Assembly (NCBI GenBank): GCA_964575235.1
Contig: CAZNQG010000002.1
Location: forward strand, 1 to 63,841
DNA from: an uncultured Bacteroides sp.
GTDB lineage: Bacteria > Bacteroidota > Bacteroidia > Bacteroidales > SM23-62
Length of the DNA stretch: 63,841 nucleotides
Direction: 5' to 3'
Below the pieces are notes generated by a model. That model saw only the letters and a program-made list of their open reading frames with translations. It was not told where the DNA came from and made no database searches. Shown piece after piece: positions 36,291 through 46,556 of this stretch; positions within the stretch are counted from its first letter, which is position 1; the number at the start of each line of letters is the position of its first letter. A program made the position numbers and the translations under genes.

Positions 36291-38648
36291 TCAGGGTAAG
36301 CCGGTCTGATTTACAGGGATCCTGAGCAATTGGATCGAAAGGGGCCTGATCTCAATACCCGACACCCACCGCGCTTTTACAGGACCCTCGATTCGAATGA
36401 CCGGATCCATTCCCGGGACATTGTATGCCATGGGATCTTTGCCACCAATGGTCCAGCAGAGCGCTTCCGGTTCCGCTTCCGCCCCGTTCAACTCGAGGGG
36501 CAGTTTCCAGCTTTTCATGGTGGGGTTGACAATGCCGATGCATACGGTATCGCCTCCTTCGGTCAGGGTTACGGCTGCTTCAAGCGGCCGGTATGTCTCT
36601 TCGATTGCGACCGGCCGGGTCCCGAATTGATGCCTGTACAGCTTCAGTACCAGTCCCGTGGCAGCAAAGCCGGCATGTATATCGTCGGTCTTGATGCACC
36701 CGATCACATTTACGGTCTGCGCGTAATTGGCCATGTATATCATATCGCTCTGCCGGGAATATTCATGTATGCCGGCGGCGATCCCCAGGGCGTCCTTGAG
36801 GAAGTACCGGGTGCCCAGTTCGCCGTATACATGCGGACCGTACCAGTAGTTCCATTCGTCCATGCAGATCCGGATGTCCTTCTCCGCCAGTCCGGGTATC
36901 TCCTCCCTGTACCTGCGGTGCAGCTCCGCCCTTTCCCGGATGGCATCCGGGATCTGCCGCACATGGGTGATCAATCCTCCCCCGTGCCAGTCCTGGCGGT
37001 AAAAATGCTCGCTGATCAGGTCCATATGATCGGCGCAATGGGTCAGCATCATTTCATCCCACCGGCCCGGATTGCCCACCGCCACAATGACAATGTTGCT
37101 GTCGGCTGATTTCATCGTCTCCACGAACTCATTGTGCTTGCGGACGAACTCCTCCGTCGGCATGTGTCCAAGCTGCCAGTTCCCGTACATTTCATTGCCC
37201 ACGGACCACCATTTCACATGCCAGGGTTCTTTCCTGCCGTTTTTTTCACGGAGTTTTCCCATGGGTGTATCGGCTGATCCGTTTGCATATTCGACCTGTT
37301 CCCTCGCCATTTTACTGCCGCCCAGTCCCGCGTTCACCGCAATATAGGGTTCCGCACCCAGGAGTTCGCAGAACCGGAGGAATTCATGGATCCCTACATC
37401 GTTATGTTCAATCCCCGTCCAGGCCGGATTCTTCCGGGGAGGTCTTTTATCGACCGGCCCGATCCCGTCCCTCCAGTCGTAACCGCTCACGAAATTACCT
37501 CCCGGCCACCGGTATACCGGTGAGTCAAGCTCTTTCAGCAACCTCAGTACATCCGCGCGGAATCCCTCGATGTTGTCTTCCGGCATCAGCGAAATGGTCC
37601 CGATCGAAAAATATCCGCTCCCCCTGGCAGAGATCTCCAGCTTCCCGTCCAGGGTGGTTTCAGCCGGGTGGAGGACAAAATCAGATTCCTTGAATTCCGA
37701 TGAAACATCGTGGATCACGACGGAATCGCATGTTCCCGGCGCCCAGTACAATTTCAGCACGATATCCGATATATCCTGGTTGGCTCTGAGGATAATCCTG
37801 CCCCGGCAGGCAACTCCCTTTTTCAACCCGATCTGTTCCTGGCATAGGCCTCCGCCCGCATTGCCGGGCATGATCACCGGGGTATGCTTGCCGGCATAGG
37901 GATAGTGTATATCCATTTCCAGGCGTGTCCCCTTCCCGCAGATGGTCCACGGTGACATGCTGTCGCCGGGTGCATAGTAGAATTTCCGGTCCTCAAGCAT
38001 CTCGGCCCATATGCCGCCGTAGATGCATCTTCCAAGATGTTCAATGAATTGCCCGTAGATGTATTCCTGCATGGGTTCGCCGGACACATCTCCCAGATCC
38101 GCCCGGATGGCCGGCTCTTTTTTCTCCTGGGAAAGGACCTCGAGCGACAGATCATCCAACCAGACTTTCCCGGTTGCCCCGCCCCTTCTTCCACCGAAAA
38201 CCAGCCGGGCGATCATGCTGTCGTCCCATCCGGATTCAAGTTCATATTCAATCCGGGTCCAGTCGTGTGTTCCGCTGAAAAATTCGGGCTCGGGAACCAT
38301 TCCGGGTACGACCAGTCCCGCCCCTTCGCCATCCCCGGCAACCAGGTCTTCCGTTTTGATCCAGGCCGTGAACCTGTAACGGGTAAAAGGCTCAAGCCGT
38401 ATCCTGGCAGACCACATCCCGGAAGAAGGGGTATCGGCTGAAATGGACAGGCTCCGCTTCCCGCGGTGGGCTACATTGCTTATAGCATGCACGCAGGACT
38501 GGTCTCTTCGGCCGCTTGAATCCCAGCCGACCAGCTTCCCGTCATGCATTTTTTCCATGGAAGGATTCGGGATCTGACGGCCCACCCTGTTGCAGGAAAG
38601 GATCCCTGCAAGGAAGAGAAAGAACCAGATCGTTTTTATGATGCGCAT
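36291..38648 (-). CDS. GH51 alpha-L-arabinofuranosidase with an N-terminal CBM4/9-like domain
   Basis: YRWPGGNFVSGYDWRDGIGP and WWSVGNEMYGNWQLGH match the GH51 catalytic core. Lipoprotein signal (..LAGILSC). Confidence 0.85.
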   Translation of the reverse strand: MRIIKTIWFFLFLAGILSCNRVGRQIPNPSMEKMHDGKLVGWDSSGRRDQSCVHAISNVAHRGKRSLSISADTPSSGMWSARIRLEPFTRYRFTAWIKTEDLVAGDGEGAGLVVPGMVPEPEFFSGTHDWTRIEYELESGWDDSMIARLVFGGRRGGATGKVWLDDLSLEVLSQEKKEPAIRADLGDVSGEPMQEYIYGQFIEHLGRCIYGGIWAEMLEDRKFYYAPGDSMSPWTICGKGTRLEMDIHYPYAGKHTPVIMPGNAGGGLCQEQIGLKKGVACRGRIILRANQDISDIVLKLYWAPGTCDSVVIHDVSSEFKESDFVLHPAETTLDGKLEISARGSGYFSIGTISLMPEDNIEGFRADVLRLLKELDSPVYRWPGGNFVSGYDWRDGIGPVDKRPPRKNPAWTGIEHNDVGIHEFLRFCELLGAEPYIAVNAGLGGSKMAREQVEYANGSADTPMGKLREKNGRKEPWHVKWWSVGNEMYGNWQLGHMPTEEFVRKHNEFVETMKSADSNIVIVAVGNPGRWDEMMLTHCADHMDLISEHFYRQDWHGGGLITHVRQIPDAIRERAELHRRYREEIPGLAEKDIRICMDEWNYWYGPHVYGELGTRYFLKDALGIAAGIHEYSRQSDMIYMANYAQTVNVIGCIKTDDIHAGFAATGLVLKLYRHQFGTRPVAIEETYRPLEAAVTLTEGGDTVCIGIVNPTMKSWKLPLELNGAEAEPEALCWTIGGKDPMAYNVPGMDPVIRIEGPVKARWVSGIEIRPLSIQLLRIPVNQTGLP

Positions 38649-41419
38649 GATATCAAAGGTTTTAGTTGAATTTCCAGATCGTGCCCGGTACCGGAAACGG
38701 GCAAATAGACTTCGTATCCATGGCCGGTCTTGTGAACATCGAGGATTTTTCCGTCCAGCATTACCTTTTCGGGTTCGGAAAGGTACATCCTCAACAGGGT
38801 CCTGTGGACTGTGCCGCTCCGGTTTTCTATCCTGCAGCTGATTTTGCCAAGGTCCTTTGAGAGCACGATGTTTCCTCCTGCAGCGAAACCATCCTTTTCG
38901 AGAATCATGGTGAACCGTCCGCTCCCGGCGACAAAACCGAACCTGGACCGGAGTCCGTCAAGCGGGACCATTTTAAATGCATCCCCGGCATCCTCCAGTC
39001 TTCCGCCATAAGCGATCCATCCGAAAAGCGGGTCCTCTGCAATCAGGCTAATGGCGGTCCGGGTTGCCGCGCCAAAACCCAGGTCGATTTCCCCGTCGTA
39101 ATGCCAGGCTCCACGCGGAACATTCTGCCGTATCCAGGCCCGTCCGTATTTCAGTGACATGAAAGCCCATCCCGTGGCGCCGTCATTCTCTTTTCCCGGG
39201 TACCAGTAGCCATAGTTGGATTCCTCCGTTCCGGTATTCATGAGCGACCATGAGCTCAGGTAGGACGCATAACCCAGCTGCAGCCAGTCCCACGGCACCT
39301 CGCTGAAATAGATCCCGTAGTCGAGAATGGCCCATCCTCCCATGCATGCCATGTAGCTCATGCAATGGCTGTCCGAACTCCAGGCAAAGTCGGCACCCAG
39401 CAGGAAATACTTGGGTTCCAGCCATCCCCGTACGCACAATCCCGCGTAAAGCTGCCTTTCCATGAATTCCCTGGCCTTTTGCCTGCTGACCACCGGGTGG
39501 GACCACCATTTTTCCAGGTTCTTGTCCCACCAGAGGTTCGAGTCAGGCTTCATTTCCGTAAGCACCCCGTATTTGGCCAGGGCATAGCTTGACTCAAAGG
39601 CCGTCCGGTCAACACTGTATTCGGAGCCGTAGGGGTAGTCGTCATCGTAAATGAAGTATTTGGCTTTCTTCTCCCATTCCTTCCTCAGGTGGTCGGCTTT
39701 TTCGGGATATCCTTCCCTTTCCAGGTCCCGCATCAGATCGAGGATGACCAGTTCATTGTAACAGCCGATCTTATAGGTCTGGTACCAGGGAAGCACCTCG
39801 TAGGGATACTGCCAGTAAGCCCTGGCTGTCTGGTATGCCCGCTCCAGGTAACCCCCGGCATCCAGGTAATGAACCAGATCGGGATAGAACTTGGCCACCT
39901 GGTACATATGGTAATACAGCATGATGATGTGCGGATAGTCGTAGGACCGCCAGATCTTCATCTTGTCCAGGTTGCGGGTCCCCTCGACCTCCCTCCGCGC
40001 CGCCGTATCCCGGGCGACTTTCCAGTTGGGCGTTCCGTGGATCCCGTAGGGATACGGATCCTCCTTGTCCGTTCGCTGCAATCCCCCCCAGACGAAATGC
40101 TCCAGGTAATATTCCACCGATCCGATCTCGTCCGGATCGGGATAAAACACGTTTTTAGCCGCTACATAGGGAGCCTTGCAAAGGGCCGGGTCATCGCAGG
40201 CCAGGACATAGCCCCACCATCCGTCGAAGCCATCCGTATTGCCGGGACCCCTCAGCACCGCGTTCCGCATGTCGTAAACCGAGTAGAGCCCGTTGTACCA
40301 TTTCGATGTATCCCGGTGCTGCTGATGTTTCGTTATGAAATCCGCCCTCTTTTTGAACAGGGTCTCCAGGGGTTCCGTGGAAAAGAATTCGAGGCAGGTT
40401 TTTTCCTTCCCGTTGCAGTGTATGGTAAGCATATTCTCGCCCAGGCGGGCAAAGGATACCTCGTAGACGTGGTGATCCTCCTCCGGTTCCCCGAGGTAGG
40501 TCAGGGTGGTCTGTTCCGGGTATTCTGCCGTGATCGAATCGATGTGGTTGAGGGTATGCAGTGAGAACTTTGCCTTCAGGTTGGAGGGAAGGCTCATTCC
40601 CGGAACCACCCTGATATCAAATAACCCTTCCTTGTACAGTACTTCCCTCATCTCGTCGTAGCTGTCGACCCAGTGGAATTTCAGCCCGTAGGTAAAGCTG
40701 TCCTCCGGTCCCCCTTCCCTGCCCAGTTTACGCATGGTATGCTCCTGCCTCCAGGTCCCCCGTTTCTCTGCGTTCCCGCTCACACAGGAATGAATGTACA
40801 TCTTGTAGCCCATCCTCATGGCCTGGTTGAAATATTCGAGATGTGTGCCGGGTTGTGTTGTGATCAACAGGAAGGGAGGATGACCCGAATGTTTTGAGAA
40901 ATAGAGGTAGGAACCGTCGCCGGCGATGAAATGGTGTTTGGTAAATCCACGTTCGAAGATCTGCACCTGTTCCCTGCCGAGGGGCGGGGCCCAGGGCACC
41001 GGGACGGCAAGGTCTCCGATGATCACCGGCTCCTGCGACCCGGATTCGAGGGTAAGCGTATATTCAAGGCTTTCATCGGCAAGCCTGTATTCCTGTGTCA
41101 GGGTAAAGGGCAACTCCCCGGAGAAATCGGTGAAAACGACCCGTTTTCCGGCCGGATCGAAATCCCTTTTCCGGGCCAGGCTGTCCATTACCAGGGTATC
41201 TCCCCTGCTCAGGATGTATGCGATCCTGGGCTCTCCGAAACTCATCCGTTCCCCGATGAAATTCGCCTTAAAGGAATCCTGGGGACAGACCAGGGCTTTC
41301 ATGCCCCTGCCGTCAAAGGAAACCTGGTATCTTTCGTTGGTCAGCTCTGCATCCTGTTGTGCGGCAAGTCCCGCACCAACGAAACAGAAAGCAATAAAGG
41401 CAATCGAAAAACGCGGCAT
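38636..41419 (-). CDS. large secreted protein of unknown function (candidate novel CAZyme)
   Basis: Long ORF on the PUL strand. The start is set at MPRFSIAFIAFCFVGAGLAAQQ (signal peptide). The protein is Trp/Tyr-rich, and I recognise no family motif. Its 3' end overlaps the GH51 start by 13 nt. Confidence 0.6.
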   Translation of the reverse strand: MPRFSIAFIAFCFVGAGLAAQQDAELTNERYQVSFDGRGMKALVCPQDSFKANFIGERMSFGEPRIAYILSRGDTLVMDSLARKRDFDPAGKRVVFTDFSGELPFTLTQEYRLADESLEYTLTLESGSQEPVIIGDLAVPVPWAPPLGREQVQIFERGFTKHHFIAGDGSYLYFSKHSGHPPFLLITTQPGTHLEYFNQAMRMGYKMYIHSCVSGNAEKRGTWRQEHTMRKLGREGGPEDSFTYGLKFHWVDSYDEMREVLYKEGLFDIRVVPGMSLPSNLKAKFSLHTLNHIDSITAEYPEQTTLTYLGEPEEDHHVYEVSFARLGENMLTIHCNGKEKTCLEFFSTEPLETLFKKRADFITKHQQHRDTSKWYNGLYSVYDMRNAVLRGPGNTDGFDGWWGYVLACDDPALCKAPYVAAKNVFYPDPDEIGSVEYYLEHFVWGGLQRTDKEDPYPYGIHGTPNWKVARDTAARREVEGTRNLDKMKIWRSYDYPHIIMLYYHMYQVAKFYPDLVHYLDAGGYLERAYQTARAYWQYPYEVLPWYQTYKIGCYNELVILDLMRDLEREGYPEKADHLRKEWEKKAKYFIYDDDYPYGSEYSVDRTAFESSYALAKYGVLTEMKPDSNLWWDKNLEKWWSHPVVSRQKAREFMERQLYAGLCVRGWLEPKYFLLGADFAWSSDSHCMSYMACMGGWAILDYGIYFSEVPWDWLQLGYASYLSSWSLMNTGTEESNYGYWYPGKENDGATGWAFMSLKYGRAWIRQNVPRGAWHYDGEIDLGFGAATRTAISLIAEDPLFGWIAYGGRLEDAGDAFKMVPLDGLRSRFGFVAGSGRFTMILEKDGFAAGGNIVLSKDLGKISCRIENRSGTVHRTLLRMYLSEPEKVMLDGKILDVHKTGHGYEVYLPVSGTGHDLEIQLKPLISCAS

Positions 41420-41438
41420 ATCATATTGGTTTTCAGGG

Positions 41439-41711
41439 CTATTTAAATGCGCACTCGATTTCCAGGGGGTCTGCAGTTTTTGCGCAAGATGTATCCTTGA
41501 GGCAATTCCGGCGCTCGCCCGGATCTTTTTTCCGGTCATTCGGGGCGGTACAGCAATGGTTCCTGAAAATCACCCCTTCCCCGGATAAGCATTCGAGATT
41601 GGGCATTTTCAGGACTTCCGTTTCATAAAGGATGTTCGGGCGTTCGTGCAATGTCCTGTTGCAGGCGAGGACAATTGAGCCGACGCATAATAGTACAACC
41701 GTTCTTTCCAT
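41439..41711 (-). pseudogene. N-terminal relic of an S1 sulfatase
   Basis: MERTVVLLCVGSIVLAC..ERPNIL..MPNLECLSGEGVIFRNHCCTAP parallels RPDVLFI..TPNIDDLVSRGMLFTNAHCTAP of the intact sulfatase at 31789-33252. The DD..LG block is missing and the frame breaks before the CxPSR motif. Confidence 0.45.
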
Positions 41712-42027
41712 ATTAAATAAATAAAAGAGGCTATCCATCTCAGACAGCCTCCCTTACCAACTAATCTAACCTAAACCTAAAATTTAGATAGTTACCTTCA
41801 CCACTGTTTCGACAACCTAAATATTTGTGACGAGTTGAAGATTGTTTTATTCCTGAAATGAATGCCAAGGCTACTTACCCCTGTATACAATATTATGCAG
41901 ATAATAAGAAACGAAGCGGTAAGATTATGGCTAAGATAGGTTATGACCGATCAAAATCTGTAGATTCCTGTCATTATTCATGAAAAATATTTCAGAAGCG
42001 TAAAGGACACTGCCCGCACAGGCCAGG

Positions 42028-45000
42028 CTACCGGTCGTCCTGGTGGTCGACTTTGGCGTATTCGCTTGGGGAACTCTTGAATTTCTGTTTGAAACTCTTG
42101 GCGAAATATGCGGGATCGTCGTAACCAACCATAAAAGAGACTTCGGAGATGCTCAGTTCATTCTGGCTCAGAATGGTTGCCGCTCTCTTAAGTCGTATCT
42201 CCTTAATGAAATTATTGGTCGATTCACCCGTTATGGCCTTTAGCTTCCGGTAAAGTGTTGACTGACTCATGGCCATATCATGGCTGAATGAGATCACATC
42301 AAACTCAGGGTTGGCTATGTTTTTCTCTACAACTTCAATCGCCCTGCTCAGGAATTTCTCATCCGTTGAGGTGATCACGATGTCGGCCGGTTTGTAGACC
42401 AGTTCCTTCCTGAACCTTTCCTTCATCCTGTCACGGGATTGGATCAGGTTGTTGATCTGGGTCTCAAGCAACTTTAAATTAAACGGTTTGGTGATATATG
42501 CATCGGCGCCGGTTTCCAATCCCTTTTGCCGGCTTTCGTCGCCCGACTTTGCGGTCAGCATTACAACAGGGATATGGCTGATCTCCAGTGTGTGTTTTAT
42601 TCTGGAGCAAAATTCGTACCCGTCCATCTCAGGCATCAGTATATCCGTTATGATCATATCCGGATTGTATTTCATGGCCAGGTCCAGGGCTTCCATCCCG
42701 TTTTCAGCTTCGATGAATTCGTAACTGTTTTTCAGGCTGGACATGATGTATGACCGTATGTCCTCGCTGTCTTCGACGACCAGAACAAGAGGTTTGTCCG
42801 ATTCCCTGGTTACTTCCGTTTTCTTTTTGCGGGTGGCTATATTCATGGACCGGATGATGTTTATCCTTGTCTTTTCGGCATAGGAATAAAGAGCATCCGG
42901 ATCATCATCCCTTTCCTTTTCGTCCTCCTTCAAATATTCTTCCCCGAAGGGTATGAACAGGACGAATTCGCTTCCCTGTCCCAGGACAGAACTGACCTCA
43001 ATCTTCCCATGGTGAATCTCTGCAAGTGATCTCGCCATGCTAAGCCCTATGCCGCTGCCGGCCTGATCAAGGCTGACAAAGCTCCCGCTGTGATAGAACC
43101 GGTCGAAGATGTATGGTAGGATCTCTTCCTCAATGCCTATTCCCGTATCCGTTACGGATACCCGAACCGATTTCACATTCCCCAGTCCGGGCAGTTCCGA
43201 CAGGGCTGTTCCAATTGCAACGGTTACCCCTCCTTCCTCCTCTGTATATTTAAACGCATTCGATAAAAGATTCGAGAGGATCTTCTCGATCTTGTCACGA
43301 TCGAACCAGGTGATTATCGATTTCACCTCCGGCTGGAACTGCAATTCAATTTGCATCTTATCAGCCAGGCTGGTAAAACAGGATACGATATCGCCAACGA
43401 ATCTCACTATATTGCCCTCCGAAGATTTCAAAAGGGTGTTCTGGATTTCAAGCTTCCTGAAATCCATGATCTGGTCAACCAGCGTCAGCAGACGGCTTGC
43501 ATTTTTGTAAATCACATCAAGCTTGTATTTCCGGTCCTTATCGTTAAGATCCTTTTCCTGGTCTATGAGTTCTTCTGCGGGTCCGAGGATAAGGGTGAGC
43601 GGTGTCCGGATCTCATGGGAGATATTGGTAAAGAACTTGAGCTTCTCCTGATTGCTCCGCAGGATTTCCTTGGACATGGCCGACAGGTTGTTGCGTTGTT
43701 GCACCAATTTTTCATTCTGAGCCTTCAACTTTTGCGCCTGGCGGTCGATTTTTTCTTTCTGGTTCATTACCGCCGATGTTCTTTCTTCAACCAGTTGTTC
43801 GAGGTGAACATTGTGCTTTTTAAGCCTGTATCCGTATATCCTGATTCCAAGGTACAGGATAAGGATAAAAGCCACGACATACAAGATTTTCATCAGGAGG
43901 GTGCGATACAGGGGAGGTTTAACGATGAACTGGTAATATCCCTCTTCGCTGATTTCACCCGAGTAATTCCTGGCCCTTACCCTGAAGGTATAGGTGCCTT
44001 CAAAGAGGTTCTGGTAATCTTTATGGGTTGATGTAGTCCAGGCAGACCATTCCTTATCGTAGCCTTCCAGCATATAACTGTATTCGGGTTGAATATCATC
44101 CTGGTAATAGGGGCATGAGAACTCGAATGATATGGTGTTCTTTCTGTGTTCGAACTCGGGTATCCATCCGGCCGGCTGTTCAACGGCCGTGGTCTTCTTC
44201 CCGATTTCACCGGAATAACCGGTGCCGTAATACAGAACCGAATCATTATGAAAAGAAACCTTCCGTATCAATGTGGCGAATTCTTCGGTCCTGATCGGCC
44301 GGACCTTCTTCGTGTCGTACCTGAGGAGCCCGTTCTCGCCGGCGATCCATGTCGCGCCCTTCCCGTCATGAAAATAGAATGTCGTCGCACCGCTGAGCGT
44401 TAACATCTTGTAGGGCAGGCGTATAATTTGGAACTGACCGTCGGGCTGCCTGTCGAATATCTCCGTGTTCAGTCCCCACACATTCCCGTACGGATCTTCC
44501 TCGAGGTCATCCACTGTTTTATTCCACTTCAGTCCCGCTTCACCGAAGATATCCGAGCGGATGAACCGCCCGTTTTCCTTGTCGAATTCAAAAAACCCTT
44601 CGCATGAAACGATGAGGCGGCCTTTATAAATATGAGTGGTTGTCTTGTTGGTATTGGGAAGGCCGTGCTGGCTGGTAAAATTCTCGATTGAGATGGCATC
44701 GAAGGCCGGTGATCCAAGGTGTCCGGACAGCCTGTTCCGTTCATCCCTGAATACCTTGTCAAATCCAACCCTGAACACGCCAAAATACATGGTTCCCAGC
44801 CATACGTTACCATCCGCATCCTCGGCAATTGAATGAACATACGATGATATATCCTTTTCCCAGAGAACCTGCCATCCGTTGTCTCTTTTTTGAAGGACAT
44901 AGAAGGTCGGGTGCGTGCTGAAATACAGGATGGACGGGTTGAGCCTGGACTGGCAAAGCCGAAGAATGCCGACCCGGTCGGTCAGGAATTCAATCCTTTG

Positions 45001-46272
45001 CCTGTCAACATTATACAATCCTTTCTGGGTTGCTGCCAGCAGTTGTATCTCATCATCGTCCTGGAACCGGCCGGTCGGATCGAAACGCAACAGGTCCCAT
45101 ACTTCCGCATCCAGGTTTTTAACCTTGTCAAACCGGTTCACATAATCGTCCGGATCCAGGTATTCCGTATCCGGATAATCCATGTGAAACAGTCCCGAAG
45201 ATGTCCCGACGAAAATCATGCCCCTGTGTTCCGAGACGCACCTGGAAGTACCGTAAAGTCCCATTTCCCAGTTCATGTACGTAAGGGGGGAATTGATGTT
45301 GTACTGGCTTAAGCCGCGGGCCGATGTAATCCAGAGCTCGGACTCATTTGACAGGTAAAGAAAATAGGAACTGAAATCACTTGAGCCGCTAAAGGTGTTG
45401 ATGTAGTTCAGGATGTTGCCTTCGGCATCTGTTATGATGGTGCCCTTGCGCAGCGTCGTGAATGCATACCTGTTTTCCGGCAGTTCTACGCCGTGGTAGA
45501 GATGATTCTCCTTAAGAAATTCTGACGTCTGCGAGTTCACGGGTGAAACGGATGCCCTGCCCGTGCTGGAATAGTCGTAAAGATACAATCCGTGCATCCG
45601 GGTTCCGATCAGCAACTTGCGGTCTCCGAACTCATTCAGGGATGAGACCATCTTGTCCATGAAGAATTCACCCCCGGGCAGCGGTACAAGCGAGTCATGG
45701 ATCATGTAACACAGTCCGACCTGGTTCTGGTTTATATAAAAGCGTTTGTTGATGACGAAGCTCCTGTGATAGGAATCGTTGACCTCCCAGGTGGTCACCT
45801 GCCCGTTCCGAAAGCCGAACAGGCGGTTTGCAGCCTGGAAGATCACCTGGTCGTTCAATATATTGATGCTCCATACATCCGGGAAGGAACGCTTGGTCTC
45901 GGGTACCTTGGGGATCAGGGATACATAGACCAGCTTTCCGTTGTTGTCGGGCGCCAGGTAACCGAATTCACCGACGCCTCCCACATAGATAACCTGATTC
46001 TGATCGATCGCGAGCGAACGGATTACGGATTTATTCGGCAGTTCTATTTTCCTCCATGAGGTGCCGTCAAATTCATGAATCGCTTCCTCCCCGCCCACAT
46101 ACACGAGGCCCCGTTTATCCTTGATCACCGCCCATGTAGCACCTCCCATGCTGCCCAGATTGGTCAGTGAATAATTCTTGACAAGCTGTTTTCCACGGGG
46201 TTGGCCGGGGACAGAAATACCAACCGGTGCCAACAACAGCAGGATACCGAACCGGAATATCAGTTTTTTCAT
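42028..46272 (-). CDS. hybrid two-component system (HTCS) sensor kinase/response regulator with an AraC-type output domain
   Basis: 1414 aa. It has a periplasmic propeller/Y_Y_Y region, a transmembrane segment (LLMKILYVVAFILILYLGI), HisKA SHEIRTPL, and HATPase (DTGIGI, GSGIGL). It also has a receiver domain (VLVVEDSEDIR..DILMPEMDG) and a C-terminal AraC HTH. Confidence 0.9.
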   Translation of the reverse strand: MKKLIFRFGILLLLAPVGISVPGQPRGKQLVKNYSLTNLGSMGGATWAVIKDKRGLVYVGGEEAIHEFDGTSWRKIELPNKSVIRSLAIDQNQVIYVGGVGEFGYLAPDNNGKLVYVSLIPKVPETKRSFPDVWSINILNDQVIFQAANRLFGFRNGQVTTWEVNDSYHRSFVINKRFYINQNQVGLCYMIHDSLVPLPGGEFFMDKMVSSLNEFGDRKLLIGTRMHGLYLYDYSSTGRASVSPVNSQTSEFLKENHLYHGVELPENRYAFTTLRKGTIITDAEGNILNYINTFSGSSDFSSYFLYLSNESELWITSARGLSQYNINSPLTYMNWEMGLYGTSRCVSEHRGMIFVGTSSGLFHMDYPDTEYLDPDDYVNRFDKVKNLDAEVWDLLRFDPTGRFQDDDEIQLLAATQKGLYNVDRQRIEFLTDRVGILRLCQSRLNPSILYFSTHPTFYVLQKRDNGWQVLWEKDISSYVHSIAEDADGNVWLGTMYFGVFRVGFDKVFRDERNRLSGHLGSPAFDAISIENFTSQHGLPNTNKTTTHIYKGRLIVSCEGFFEFDKENGRFIRSDIFGEAGLKWNKTVDDLEEDPYGNVWGLNTEIFDRQPDGQFQIIRLPYKMLTLSGATTFYFHDGKGATWIAGENGLLRYDTKKVRPIRTEEFATLIRKVSFHNDSVLYYGTGYSGEIGKKTTAVEQPAGWIPEFEHRKNTISFEFSCPYYQDDIQPEYSYMLEGYDKEWSAWTTSTHKDYQNLFEGTYTFRVRARNYSGEISEEGYYQFIVKPPLYRTLLMKILYVVAFILILYLGIRIYGYRLKKHNVHLEQLVEERTSAVMNQKEKIDRQAQKLKAQNEKLVQQRNNLSAMSKEILRSNQEKLKFFTNISHEIRTPLTLILGPAEELIDQEKDLNDKDRKYKLDVIYKNASRLLTLVDQIMDFRKLEIQNTLLKSSEGNIVRFVGDIVSCFTSLADKMQIELQFQPEVKSIITWFDRDKIEKILSNLLSNAFKYTEEEGGVTVAIGTALSELPGLGNVKSVRVSVTDTGIGIEEEILPYIFDRFYHSGSFVSLDQAGSGIGLSMARSLAEIHHGKIEVSSVLGQGSEFVLFIPFGEEYLKEDEKERDDDPDALYSYAEKTRINIIRSMNIATRKKKTEVTRESDKPLVLVVEDSEDIRSYIMSSLKNSYEFIEAENGMEALDLAMKYNPDMIITDILMPEMDGYEFCSRIKHTLEISHIPVVMLTAKSGDESRQKGLETGADAYITKPFNLKLLETQINNLIQSRDRMKERFRKELVYKPADIVITSTDEKFLSRAIEVVEKNIANPEFDVISFSHDMAMSQSTLYRKLKAITGESTNNFIKEIRLKRAATILSQNELSISEVSFMVGYDDPAYFAKSFKQKFKSSPSEYAKVDHQDDR

Positions 46273-46556
46273 AACCTTCGAATTTGCCGGATCTCAGGTA
46301 AAGTTAGACAATAATTCTCTTAGTGAATAAAAAGTCATTTCCTGTAAAAATCCATCAATCTGTTGCAATCATCATTCAGGTACAACCCTGATATATGACG
46401 TAACATGCTGGCATACTGAATAATATGCACGCGGTCATAAGAGCCCGGCGGTTGTTCAGCCGCTCTTCCTACTGGAATTTCATTGAATTAATCCCAAAAT
46501 TTATAGGATGGAAGAAACCGAATTGAATTTTTACTGGCAATTAAACCCCTATACTG

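Noticed and set aside
41727-41751. Hairpin GAGGCT-N13-AGCCTC followed on the minus strand by TTTTATTTATTT, a possible terminator downstream of the HTCS gene.
   Set aside because: The stem is only 6 bp with a 13-nt loop, and it lies about 280 nt from the HTCS stop. It also overlaps the first codons of the longest version of the sulfatase-relic ORF. It is too weak to call.
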